A program made the position numbers and the translations under genes. The notes below the pieces were generated by a model, which made no database searches, was not told the origin of the DNA, and worked only from the letters and a program-made list of their open reading frames with translations. A stretch of 64,000 nucleotides of DNA from Octopus vulgaris (taxonomy: Eukaryota): NCBI GenBank assembly GCA_951406725.2, contig OX597815.1, forward strand, positions 127,534,001 through 127,598,000, read 5' to 3'. Positions 13,901-26,488 of the stretch are shown here, piece after piece (position 1 is the first letter of the stretch; every line of letters begins with the position of its first letter).

Positions 13901-14265
13901 TCTCGTAGCAATTGCAAAAGAAATCCCTGCTGCAGCATTGCTTGCCACTTTAGCAGCTGCAGTAGAGGTAGTTGTGGTGGCAGTGGTGATGTTCAAGTTT
14001 CTTTTAAAATTTTCTTTGTTTATCTTCCCTTATCTAAGTTTCACTTCTTTATTATCAGTATTGTTATTGAAGTTGTTATTTTTGCTGTGGTCACCAAACG
14101 TTTTGTTGTTCAATTACTGCTTTACTGTTTTGATGCTACTTAAAGATGAAAATGTATTTGCCTTGGTTTTTGTTTTCACTGGTGTGGTGGTTATGTCACT
14201 TAGTGTAGCCATTGCTATGACAGTATTCTTTTTTATCTTCAACAGGGAATGCATCCATCATCGAA
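10930..14265 (-). mobile_element. Tx1/L1-clade LINE remnant (ORF1 with zinc knuckle; ORF2 endonuclease and start of RT)
   Basis: ORF1 fragment PRCHICGSVTHLEAFCP (CCHC). ORF2 from the ATG at 12541: IVGCVNVNGL...VAVISETR, VAVLL, LVAVYVP, GDWN, WTWSN...SYLDRVFV, later NTEFKVLNKELAKRL. Confidence 0.8.
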
Positions 14266-14560
14266 CATTACGATGACTTCTTTATCAGCCATGTTTCAAT
14301 GTATATGGAAAATAGAAAAATATTTGCTTTTCCCGTTAGCTGATGCAAGTCAAAATGTTGATGTGTACCTTCAACAAAATACAGGGTGTTTCTGAACAAA
14401 AATCTTATCAACGCAGTTCTGACAATGTCAGAAACAAGATGGTGACAATAAAAATGAAAAAAAAAATGGGCCACAAAAGGCTGAAAAGATAATAAATGCT
14501 CTTACAGTTTACGGAGCTTTGAGTTACCATGTCTTCCTGGTATTATTATAATAATAATAA

Positions 14561-17500
14561 ACCTTAATACCTCTTTCAAAATTGCTCAATGATGTACAAT
14601 TTGGCTATAAGATTTTTGATAAAAATATAAATCATCTCTTTTACATGGATGATTTAAAGCTCTTTGCAAAAAGTGACCAACAACAGCAGGGCTTACTAGT
14701 AATTGTTAAACAGTTCAGTGATGATATCAGGATAGAATTTAGCCTTGATAAATGTGCAAAAGCTACATTATCAGAGGAAAAATGATAGAAACATTCAACG
14801 TTAATCTTGACCAACAAAATGTCATAAAGGAGTTAGAACAAGTGGAGAGCTACAAATACCTAGGGGTATTGGAAGGTGATGGAATTAAACATTCAATGAT
14901 GAAGGAAAAGATTAGAAAAAAATGTTATTGCAGGGTCAGGGCAATACTCAAGACAGAGCTGAATGCAAGAAACAGGATCGAAGCAATCAATACTCTGTGT
15001 CCCACATTATTGGGCAAATCAACCTTCTCTCAATAAATAAATGTATATTCATTCAAAACCAGCTATTTTCCCATTGACTGTTGGCTACACCTATCTGAGC
15101 ACATTCTGTTAAAATAAATTGGATCTGCACAGATGAAAACAAATGGCAGCCATTTTTTTGATTGGGCAACATTTTCACTGTCAAAAGTTATAATAAAAAT
15201 AATTTTGTCAGAACAAACATTTATTTAATTCAACAGTAAAGGTTCAACAGTAAAGGACTTAATAGTAAACATAATAATATATTCGAATGAAAATAATCAT
15301 GGGATTATGATGTCATGCAGCTCTTAATGTTTGATGTATGGGCCTGCACATGCAATAACTTATGCAATGATCCAATGAATTTGTCAGGGTGATGATATCC
15401 TCTTGTGTCATGCTTTGAGTAGCATCTATAATAGCATTCCAGAGGGCAACTTTACTTGAAAACTGCTGTCCATCTTCGTAAATGCACCTCTTCAGGACAC
15501 TCCACAGGTTCTCAATCAGGTTTAAGTCAGGGGAACAAGGTGGCCACTCCATCAAACGACATCCAGAGAAGCCTATTTGCTGCAGGTATTCCTTAGTATT
15601 CTTCACTGCATGAGACAGGACATTATCTTGCATGAAGACTAGCTTTCTCTTGAATGAAAAACTTTGCTTTTTGAACGACATAAAGAAATTGTCCTTTAAG
15701 AAGATAACATGTTTCCGATGTCATCTTAATGCCATCTGGGACTTTCCATGATCTGACCATCATACTACCAACGATGCCAACCCAAAACATGACCCTCACC
15801 TCCCTCCCTCTGACATCTCAAATGATGAAGATGGTTCCCGCTGATTGATACCCAACCTTTACTCCAGCCATCTGGTCTGTCAAGGGTAGCATGGCATTTA
15901 TCAGTGAACAGAACTGTTGAAAAATCTATCTTCATGTATTCTGTCATTTCAGTCTCTTCTGCTTATGAACAGTCTTCAGAGGGGTCTTTGTAACATTTCT
16001 GGCTACTTGCTTCAAGAGGTGATACCTGGTAGTTTTTGATATGTCTTCCCTGCCACAAAGTTTGAGACTTTTCTATTTGTCAGATATGGGTTCCACACAA
16101 CTTCCCTTTTCACACATGACAAAGTATGATCTGAAGCAACCCTCAACTTACCTTTATCTGCCCTCAACTGAACAGAAATAGGAGACTGCACAAATTTCTT
16201 CACTGTTTGATGATTTCTGCCCAGTATTTTAAATATTTCTATGGTTGTTTTTCCTTTTCCAGGCTCTGACACGATAGTAGACTTCTCATTCGAGATAAGA
16301 TCACATTTCTGACCAATAATGCCACTTAAATTGGGCACCTGCCTAATAATTTGGGACAGCAGAAATGTTGCAGCTACACGATAATGGCTGCCATTTGTTT
16401 TCATCAGTGCAGATCCAACTTATTTTAACAGAATGTGTGCAGGTAGGTGTTGCCAACGATCAGTGGGAAAACAACTGGTTTTGAATGAATATACATTTAT
16501 TTATTGAGAGAAGGTTGATTTGCCTAATAATGTGGGATGCAGTGTACTTTAGCTATACCAGTCATGACTTACAGATTCAATATTATTAACTGCTCTCTGT
16601 AATCTTGACAGAAAAAACGAAAATTGTTGACACCTAAGGCAGATAGAACAATTTTATCTGCCAAGAAAGGAAGGTGGCCGTGGACTTTTACAACTGGAAT
16701 TAACAATGAAGATTGCCACAATTGGTCAAAACTCCTACCTGAAAAACTGTGATGACTGTAAGTTAAAACTTGTCTTAAAGCATGGAAACAAGAAAACATC
16801 ATACTCAGTAACAAAACAAAGAAATATTTAAGTAAATTCCAAATACAACAAATCCCAGAAATAGATGTACTGGAAACAAGCACTGAAAAAGTTAAATGTA
16901 TGAAAACCTGCGCTTAAACTGCTGCCTTAAATATTCTTACTGATAAATGACAAGAAGACCCTGTCAATGGCAAATACCCAAGGAGAGCTAATAATGCCAA
17001 TGTTGACAAAGCCCTTACCCATCAATGGTTAGTGTTTTCTGTCTTAAAATCAGACAGAAGGGTTTATCATAGCAGCCCAAGATCAATGCCTACCTACAAG
17101 GAGCTACCAAGCCAACATATTAAAGAACAGCAGTAGCCCAACATGTCATATATGTAAACAACAAAATGAAGCCATTGATCATGTTGTCTCCCTGTGCAGC
17201 CTTCTTGCACCTACAGAGTATCTCAACAGACATGATAAAGCAGCACATTATATTCACTAGGCAATTTGCAAAGACTTGGACCTGCCCTATGATAAAAACT
17301 GGTGGGAAAACAAACCACCTCCAGTGCTTGAAAATGACCACATCTCACTCCTTTGGAATTTCACAGTTCAAACTGACAGAAAGATGCAAATAGGCCAGAC
17401 ATTATATTGAAGGTTTTCAGACAAAACTCATGCCTCTTCATCAATATGACTGTCTCAATCAACATAAATGTTTGTCAAGACCTACCAAAAACTGAGAAGG

Positions 17501-17992
17501 TATAAAGATCTTGGAATAGAAACTGGCAAAATGTGGAACCTCAACAATATCTGTTGTCATAGGTGCCCTAGGACTGATAGCAAAAGAGGCTGATTGATAC
17601 CTAGCTCAGATACTAGGAAATCCAAAAATGGAAGAAATTCAAAAAATAGTGCTTGTGGGAACTGCCCATATCCTACATAAAATATTGTCTATGTAATCCA
17701 CAAAATATTTTATCTGTAAACAGTGTCAATATACTCTTAAATGTACATAACTGCAAACACCTTTTACTGTCATCTTAACATCAGACTATCATCTTATAGT
17801 CAAATTTCTAATTTACTTATGTTTTGACAGACATTCTCTAGAGCAATACTCTGTGCAAAACCAAATATTTGGCACCTTAGTCATGACACAAACTTGAACT
17901 TCAAAGTGGTCTCTTGAAGTCCCTGGGAGAGAGTTGGAGTCAACTTCTACAAATACAAATCAAAAGCCAAACAAATAATAATAATAATAATA
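14561..17992 (+). mobile_element. R4/Dong-clade LINE, 5'-truncated, split by a Tc1-type element
   Basis: RT motif INHLFYMDDLKLFAK; downstream AAQDQCLPTR, a CCHC remnant and a restriction-like endonuclease region (LLWNFTVQTD). (TAA)n on both flanks. Confidence 0.85.
14993..16544 (-). mobile_element. Tc1-family transposon of the DD37E (TRT-like) type, full length, decayed
   Basis: TA TSD (14991-14992, 16545-16546); ~180-bp TIRs. Transposase pieces VLFTDKCHATLDRPDGW and FMQDN...SPDLNLIENLW with 37 residues between the second D and E. Confidence 0.9.
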
Positions 17993-18552
17993 AAAAAATA
18001 AGTTAAGAAATTTACAAATTTACATATCTACAGTTTTCAAACACACAAACGATCAACTTTAAAAACTTTAAAATCCATAACTGCCTTGAATACTTATCCT
18101 TCCCTCTGTAAACATCCATTTTTTTTTTCTTCTTCTTTCTAAAAACATCAGGCTTTTCTTTGTGTGGACTTACAAAAATACTATCTTTGGTGAATCTTAA
18201 AACTTTCTATGAAAATTTGACTTTTCTTTACTTCCTCCCTGAATATTCAAATATAAATGTAAACATATATTTTTTATTGCATAAACACACCTGTTTTCAC
18301 TAACTGGACATACAAATATCTCTAGAAAAGTCAACTTCAATCTCTACAATATTACCTTTATTTTCTCCGTCTACCCGAAATATGCAAACATACTTTTTAT
18401 TGCAATAACTCAAACACACATACAGAACAGAATAACTTGGTCCTTCCTTAATTTTTCTTAAGGTTAAGGTCACTGTTCGGTGCTAGTAGTAGTAGACATT
18501 TGAACTTTTTTTTACCCCGTTACACCTAAAAAAAACCCACATGAGCCACACT

Positions 18553-18790
18553 TACTACTACTACTGCTATTGGTGCTACTGCTCCTACTACTACTACTGC
18601 TACTACTGCTGCTGCTGCTACTGCTGCTACTACTACTGCTACTGCTACCACTGCTGCTGCTGTCACTACTACTACTATTGCTACCACTGCTGCTGCTACC
18701 ACTGCTGCTGGTACTATCACTGCTGCTGTTGCTGACAATGATATTGCTGCTGCTACAACTACTGGGGTTGCTGCTGCTAATGATGATGAG
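18553..18790. repeat. Mixed (CTA)/(CTG) trinucleotide microsatellite
   Basis: Direct inspection. Confidence 0.95.
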
Positions 18791-18859
18791 GCCCCTGTAT
18801 GAAGATTAGTGGTAATTTTTTTTTTTTTTAATGAAAACTAAATATTAATTTAACTTTAC

Positions 18860-21800
18860 TTGAAAAGAAAATTTCTAACAGTACACCGAATCACTTGTCC
18901 AATGGTTATACAGGAAGCGCGCCCGTCAGGAGGCTGCCAGCCTGATGGCGAAAAATTTTCAAATGGCAGAATATCTTCCCCGAATACGAACCTGGAAGGT
19001 CACTTAAACGGGATTTGTCCCAAATTAAGCCCCCAAAGTTCACCACCACAACAACCAGAAAATCAAAAAAGTAAAAGAACTAAATGGAACCAGGAAGAAT
19101 ATAAAGAAGTAATATATGCTTATTACTTTGCATTAAGTAGGCCAACCCAAGAGAAACACACCGCAAACTTCTACAGAATTTGGAGGGGCCGGAATCCAGT
19201 TAGCAGACCAAACCTGGATGAAAACAGATTAGCAAATGTTAGAAGAGATATCTTCAGAAATACCAGACTCACAGATGCAGAATTAACCTCTATTAAAAAA
19301 GTGGTAGAAAATGACCTAAATGTAAGTCAGGAAAGAAATAACGAAGCTGAGGAGAGGAATGTTGGGCTACAAGCATTGACTGAAAGGCGACAATCTGCCG
19401 AAACAATTCAAGATCCTGAAGAAAAAGAAAAATATAATGACCCTAGAAAAAACAGCCCGGAAAATGATGTCGAAACAGAATTTGAAGATCACATGTTTGT
19501 TGAACAACACAGAAAATCTGTCATTGAAATGAAGCAAGAAGTTCTGAATGAGCTTGCAGTTGTAGGCCATACAACTATGAATGATAGGGAACCACTCCAT
19601 AAACTCTCAAATGCACACCAACATAAAACACAAATGCAAATTGGCAACTGCGATACACAAGAAATCATACACCAACTAAAACCCGATCTTAATAAATTAA
19701 ATGAAATTATTTACTCTGTCACTAAGGTAATCGAAAGACGCTGTTTAACACCCAAAAAGCCAACAATACCAAATTCGAAAAGAAAATCAAACTGGAGGAG
19801 TAGAATTGAAACTGAAATTGAATCATTGTGAAGGGAGATATCAATATTAACTGAGCTAATCTCTGGAAATGATGTAAGATCAAGAAAAGGCAGGAAGATT
19901 GTGAGAAAATATGGACACCCAACAAGAGAAGAATTAATGTCAGCGAAAGAAACACTTAAACAAAAAGTTTAAGCAAAAGCTCAGATAATACGCAGATTTG
20001 AGAAAAGAATCAAATTCTACAAACAAAGTAAGATGTTCAAATCCAATGCCAAACCATTTTACAGAGAAATAGGGAAAGAAAAAATAACCATTGAAAATCC
20101 ACCCCTAATGGAAGAAGTTGAAAACTTTTGGAAGGGGATCTGGAGTGATGAGAAACAATACAATGAAAATGCAGAGTGGATCAAACACACCCAAGATGAC
20201 TACAAAAATCTACAAGAACAGGTATGGGAAGACATCTCAATCGCCGACCTAAGGAGGGCACTAACGAAGGCTCATAAGTGGAAATCCCCTGGTATTCATA
20301 GAGTACCAAATTTCTGGCTCTCATCACTCTCGTCCGCACACAAAATGTTAGTAATACTATTTAATAGTATTATGAAAGACCCGAAAAAAACACCCCATTG
20401 GATGGCAAATGGTATTACTTACCTCCTCCCCAAAAATAACAAAACGAAAGAACCAAAAAACTACTGGCCTATAACATGTTTATCTACTACCTATAAGATT
20501 TTGACATCTATTCTAGTAGAGAAAACATACACGTTTATGGAAGAAAATAACCTCTTTCGCACTGAACAAAAAGGATGCAGACGAGGCTCATACGGATACA
20601 AAGATCAGCTCCTAATTAATTGCATTATCCTTGAGAACTGCCATAACAAGCGCAGAAATCTCTGCTCTTCATGGTTTGATTATAAAAAAGCCTTTGACAG
20701 CATACCGCATTCGTGGATTCTGAAATCGCTAGACATTTTCAAAATTTCTCCTGTGATTTCAGATTTTTTAAAGTATAATATGTCACTATGGAACACGAAG
20801 CTCCAATTATATCATTCTAATGGAGTATTGCGCTCAAACAACATTAGCATAAACTGTGGAATTTTCCAAGGTGACTCACTTTCACCACTAATTTTCTGCA
20901 TAGCACTAATACCACTCTCAAGTGAACTGAATAGAACAGGATATGGCTACAAAATTGACAACAGGAAAATAAACCATCTATTTTATATGGATGATTTAAA
21001 ACTATATGGCAAAAATGATGAAGAGCTTGAAGGATTATTACATACCGTGAAAGGATTCAGTGATGATATCGGGATGGAGTTTGGCCTTGAAAAGTGTGCC
21101 AAAGCCACTTTTAAGAAAGGGAAATTAGTAAAGTCTAGTTCAATCGAATTAGATGTCGAAACAGTAATAAAGGAACTTGAGCAGGAAGAAACCTATAAAT
21201 ACCTAGGAATAAATGAAGGCTCTGGTATCCAGCATGCAAGCATGAAAGAGAACGTTAGGAAGGAATGTTACAGAAGAGTTCGAGCAGTCCTGAAGTCTGA
21301 ACTGAATGCTTATAATAAGGTGTTAGCCATAAATTCCTTAGCAGTACCAGTTGTTCTTTATAGCTTCAATATGCTTAACTGGAATACCAGTGAAATAATG
21401 AAAATTGACAGAAAAATCTGCAAGTTACTGACTTGTAATAAGATGCACCATCCAAAGGCAGACGTGGATCGCCTTTACCTTCCCAGAGCTCAGGGAAGTT
21501 GAGGTCTGATCCAGCTTGAACTTACATACAAAACCAACCACAATCGAACTGGCCAAATACCTTGAAGCAACCAACGATTGGATGCTAAAACTTGTTGAAA
21601 AACATGAAAGACCGAGAAAACTGCACTCTATTCTCAAAAAGAGCAAAAAATTCGCTGCTGATCTCTTAGATATCCACCAGATTGATCAGGCTGAAGGAGA
21701 TGTGCCAACTGCAGCTGCAAAGAAAATAAAATTAACTGCAAAGACAAAAGCACAAGAAAATTTAGCTAGCAGATAGGAACAGAAACCTCTCCATGGCAAG

Positions 21801-22652
21801 TATGTGGCCCGTAACAAACAAGCTGATGTCGACCAGAAACATACGCACTAATGGTTACGAAGCTCAGGGCTAAAAGCAGAAAGTAAAAATTTCATATTAG
21901 CTGCTCAAGACCAAAGCTTATTAATCCGGAACTACCAAGCCAATGTGATAAAAAATGGAGCTGACCCAAAATGCAGATTCTGTAACAATGAGATTGAAAC
22001 AATAGACCACCTAATCTCAGAGTGTAGAGTCTTAGCACCAGCAGAATATAAAGCAAGATATGACAGAGTTGGCCAGTATTTACATTGGACAATATGTCGG
22101 TATTATAAAATCAAAACCGCTGACAAATGGTATAAACACCATCCTGAAGCTGTGACTAAGGGAGAAAATGTGTTGATTCTATGGGACTTCCCCATACAGA
22201 CCGACAAAACTATAAAAGCTAATAAACCGGATATTATTATAAAAGATCAGACAAAAAAGATGTGTTTATTAATTGACATGAGTATCCCTTGCAATCACAA
22301 TATAGCAGCGAAAGAATTTGACAAGATTTGTAAATATAAAGACCTGCTAATAGAAATTGAAAAAATGTGGCATCTCAAGGCGACTACTGTACCAGTGATT
22401 GTAGGATCTCTAGGAATGATAAAAAAAGATACTGAAACCTATTTGAAAATGATTCCAGGCTTACCATCCCTACAGGAAGTGCAAAAAATTGTATTAACAA
22501 GAATGGCTCATATACTGAGAAGAGCATTATCGCTGTGAAAACAACATCCATCCACAAATTTATTTATTTATAGGTGTATGGAAAATACTCGGTGAGAAAC
22601 GGAAGAAAATTTGAAGAAAGAAAGAAAAACCATAATAATAATAATAATAATA
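18860..22652 (+). mobile_element. Near full-length R4/Dong-clade non-LTR retrotransposon (RT + CCHC + restriction-like endonuclease), pseudogenised
   Basis: A single ancestral ORF (18860-22538) is broken by a few stops and one frameshift near 21535. Motifs: DYKKAFDSIPH, GIFQGDSLSPL, HLFYMDDLKLY, CRFC...ETIDHLISEC, ILWDFPIQTD, ANKPDI. Ends in (TAA)n. Confidence 0.92.
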
Positions 22653-23937
22653 GGTGGAGGAAGGATGAAAGATAGAGAGATGATGGGTGGAGAGTAGGTG
22701 GTTAAAAGTTGCAAGAGTGCAGGGAGTGAGGTAAGGATGTATAATGACAGAAGTGTAGGTAGTCTGTATGGAATGATTCAATGGAGAGTGAGTAGTAACA
22801 CACAATAAGGGTGATCGATGGAAAATCTAAGTGAAAAGGAATAATCTAAAGAATGAGGGAAAATGTAAAAAGAAGTGGTTCCAGATAGTGGGGGTGATAA
22901 TTGGTAGCACAGGAAGATATGAATTATGTAGTTCTGCTCTCATTTAATTATAGCAGCTGAATAGTGAAGTTGTTAGAAGAGTGATGAGGGGATAGGGAAG
23001 GCTTGACAATGACACATTGGCAAGGGATCCAGTTGCTGTATATATACATTGTGCTCCAGAACCTGTTTCACCATGATGGGCAGGTTATAATGTGTTTTGC
23101 CATTCATCTCAGCTCTTGATTATCTATGAAGCCCAAAACTCCATCTATCTGTGTAAACTGATTTATCAGTGATATATGAATAAAACAATAATAATAATTG
23201 GATACGTATTTACTTTTTTAAATAAATTTATTTTTACATAATTTTCAGGATATACAAATATTTTTGTTAAAAATTTTATTTACAAACTTAACATTCAATC
23301 AAAATTCTTATCACAGTTCCTTGCACTGCTGATGTAAAAAATGCTGCTTTGCTGAGTCTATAATGTGTTAGACTATCTATCAAGAGGCTGCTGATTAATA
23401 CACCATCACCAGCCATATACATTGCCAAGACTTTTAACTAGTAAATGGCTAACTTAGTCATTTTATTTAGAAACAGGTACTATGGTGATATTACAATACA
23501 TCTTGTAAGTAAGAATAATATCAAGTAATTAATATTAAGAGATTCATTAGCTTGCAATGCTCAGTTCAGATCTTCATATGAGCCTGAAGTACCTTTCCTA
23601 CACAATCAGATTTGACAAAGGAACTGATACAGATGGAGTTCAACCTGTTTTTGGCCATTGTATTGTAGACAATTCCATGATAAATTTAAAATAACACATA
23701 GCTAAAAAAGTCATGCCTGGCTCTCAAGATAAGATGATGACTTAAAAAGCTAAATAACTTCAATATATTACGCTAAATATATTTTAACAACTATGAAATG
23801 CTTTTGAATAATTATGATAAAAAATTTTACATAATATTATAAAAAGTGGTTAATTATAAAAATAAATTGCACACATACACACACATATATATATATATAG
23901 ACACACACACACATATATACATACATATATATATATC

Positions 23938-23996
<59 letters not shown>

Positions 23997-24079
23997 CAAA
24001 ATTATTTTATTCCACAACAGAAGAAATGTCAGAAAAATAGAAGCTGAAAATGTACCGAGAATAGTTAAAGTATTTTTTT

Positions 24080-24229
24080 TATTATATCTAAAGATTTAAT
24101 TGGTTTCACAGTTTACACTGATTTTCTAATAGTTGAAATAGAAAGTGGCAACATAGGCCTCATCTTTCTATTTCAACTATTTGAAAATCAGTGTAAACTG
24201 TGAAACCAGTTAAATCTTTAAATATAATA
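24080..24229. repeat. Inverted repeat (~65-bp arms, ~19-nt spacer)
   Basis: TATTATATCTAAAGATTTAATTGGTTTCACAG... is mirrored by ...CTGTGAAACCAGTTAAATCTTTAAATATAATA. Confidence 0.9.
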
Positions 24230-24283
24230 CAGAGATATTTTAACTACTCTCAGTGCATTTTAAACTTCTATTCTTCCTACATA

Positions 24284-25080
24284 TTGGGTTATCCCATAAA
24301 TAATGAGGTTTTTCAATTGCATGAACTAAAAGTTGGAGAGGAATGGGATAAACTACATGCATCAACTTGTTATAAAAGCAGGTAGTAATTTTAACAGTTA
24401 TTTTTCCAAAGCTATAATGGAAGTGACAAAGGAGCATATTCAGCATATTTTGCTTTATGAGTTCAATAAATGCAACAATGCAATCGGACAATAAGCATAA
24501 GCCAGGGTCAATGATGGTTCCAGAAATTTTGAGCCGGAAACTACAGCCTAGATGAACCTTGTCCTGGAAGATCTGAACAGCTTGATGAAAACATCTTACA
24601 AAAACTCTGGTGGAACAAAATCCCATCGTAACTGTTGAGGAACTACCAGAGAAGCTTGTATTTGGTTATTCTACCATTCATTGACACCAGCACTAGAAGA
24701 AAAACGACCATCTTTGGTTTCAAGAATAAAGATGTTCTTTCATTAGGACAATGCTCAGCCACATAGTGAAGATGACATTCTAAAGGCTGGAGCAGTTTGA
24801 ATGGGAAACGATGCTCCACCCATTTATTCTTCAATCTTCAAAATCATTTGGACGGAAAAAATATGAATTCTGTAGAGGAGGTCAGAACAGTACTGGAGGA
24901 GTATTTTTCATCATGGACAAGTGAATTTTGGAAGAGGGGCCTTGCAAGTCTACCAGATAGATGGAAGAGCATTGTAGAAAATGAAGGAGAATATTTTTGA
25001 GATTAAAAAGAACTTTGTTTATCTTATTTTGTAAAACAAAAGAAGTACAAAAAAAAACGCATATTTATGGGATGACCCAA
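24284..25080 (+). mobile_element. Internally deleted mariner element
   Basis: TA-flanked TIRs TTGGGTTATCCCATAAATA / TATTTATGGGATGACCCAA. N-terminus MEVTKEHIQHILLYEF; C-terminus FWKRGLASLPDRWKSIVENEGEYF. Confidence 0.92.
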
Positions 25081-25133
25081 TATATATATATATAATATAT
25101 ATAGGAAAAAAGCAACAAGAATGGATTAAAATC

Positions 25134-25217
25134 TCGGTACGATCGTTTCGTACGAGGACATCTTTAATAAGCTACAAAAAATGCAGTGAATACAGATGGC
25201 TCGTACTCGTCAGCCGA
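25134..25217 (-). ncRNA. Type-I hammerhead ribozyme (inverted copy)
   Basis: Reverse complement of 26175-26257 with the same core and stems. Confidence 0.8.
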
Positions 25218-26174
25218 AAAAAACATCAGAGAATTCCCAAACATCAAAAGGGGTAGATACAAAAGAGGTTGTAAGATTAACTGCATTGAAGAAAGTTTGA
25301 TTCATGGAGATCCGATGAAAGGTTTTAAACTTACAGAATTTGTGCATGTCTACATATAGCTCATATTGAATTTTTAATCAAGTTGTGTGAAGAAATTTTC
25401 GGATACAGTCATGCAAAATTTCTGAAAATCCGAGTAAGAGGCAAAGTGACTGCCATATCATGTAGAGGAAAGTCTGAGTAAAAGCAAAGTGACTGTCATA
25501 TCGTGTAGAGGAACAGATTGTTATTGAAATTTACAAGAATCGGAGATAAGTTCGATTCTTGGAGATCCGATGAAAAGTCTTGAACTTACAGAATATGTGC
25601 ATGTCCTTATAGTTCATAATCCAGTTTTGTGAAGAGATTTAGGGTACAATCATGCGAAAATATCAGGGAATCCGAATGAGAAGCAAATTGACAGTCTTAT
25701 ATTGTAGAGGTGCCTGTTGTTAATGAATTTTACAAGAATCACAGAGAGAGGGGGGGAAGGAAGTAGGATTTAATCAGTTACTGCTATTAGAGCTATCAAA
25801 GAGAAAGGAAAGGGGAAGCTAAGGGGATGGACACAAGTTGATACTACCAGAAAATCTAAGCTTGTTTAGTGCAAAATTCGAACTGAGGTCAACAATTTAT
25901 TTCTTTATTTATAAATGTTACTATTAATAGAATGTCAGGTTACAATGAGAGGTCAATTAGAAAGGAAAGAAAAATGGGCATGACTGTATCCGAAAATTTC
26001 TTCACACAACTTGATTAAAAATTCAATGTGAGCTATACGTAGACATGCACAAATTCTGTAAGTTTAAAACCTTTCATCGGATCTCCATGAATCGAACTTT
26101 CTTCAATGCAGTTAATCTTACAACCTCTTTTGTATCTACCCCTTTTGATGTTTGGGAATTCTCTGATGTTTTTT

Positions 26175-26257
26175 TCGGCTGACGAGTACGAGCCATCTGT
26201 ATTCACTGCATTTTTGTAGCTTATTAAAGATGTCCTCGTACGAAACGATCGTACCGA
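26175..26257 (+). ncRNA. Type-I hammerhead ribozyme
   Basis: TCGG-CTGACGA-GTACGAG...CTCGTAC-GAAA-CGATCG-TA-CCGA: stem I, CUGANGA core, 7-bp stem II, GAAA, palindromic stem III, GUA cleavage triplet. Confidence 0.85.
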
Positions 26258-26407
26258 GATTTTAATCCATTCTTGTTGCTTTTTTCCTATTTGTAATCAC
26301 CCCACTTGTCGTATGGTTAACACCATATAGATTTCCGGTGCATCCTAGTTAAGGACCATATTCATGTGAATTCTTTAGAATTCACTTGAATCTCAATTAC
26401 TTAACCG

Positions 26408-26488
<81 letters not shown>

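Larger units (their letters stand above)
25101..26385. mobile_element. Penelope-like pseudo-LTR remnant forming a ~314-bp inverted repeat (25101-25414 / 25978-26290)
   Basis: Near-identical inverted arms, each with a hammerhead motif. An internal diverged tandem unit starts at 25307 and 25561. The tail resembles 39541-39615. Confidence 0.75.

Noticed and set aside
18526-18809. Poly-Leu, poly-Cys/Tyr and poly-Ala/Val ORFs
   Set aside because: Trinucleotide microsatellite with no splice or domain support.
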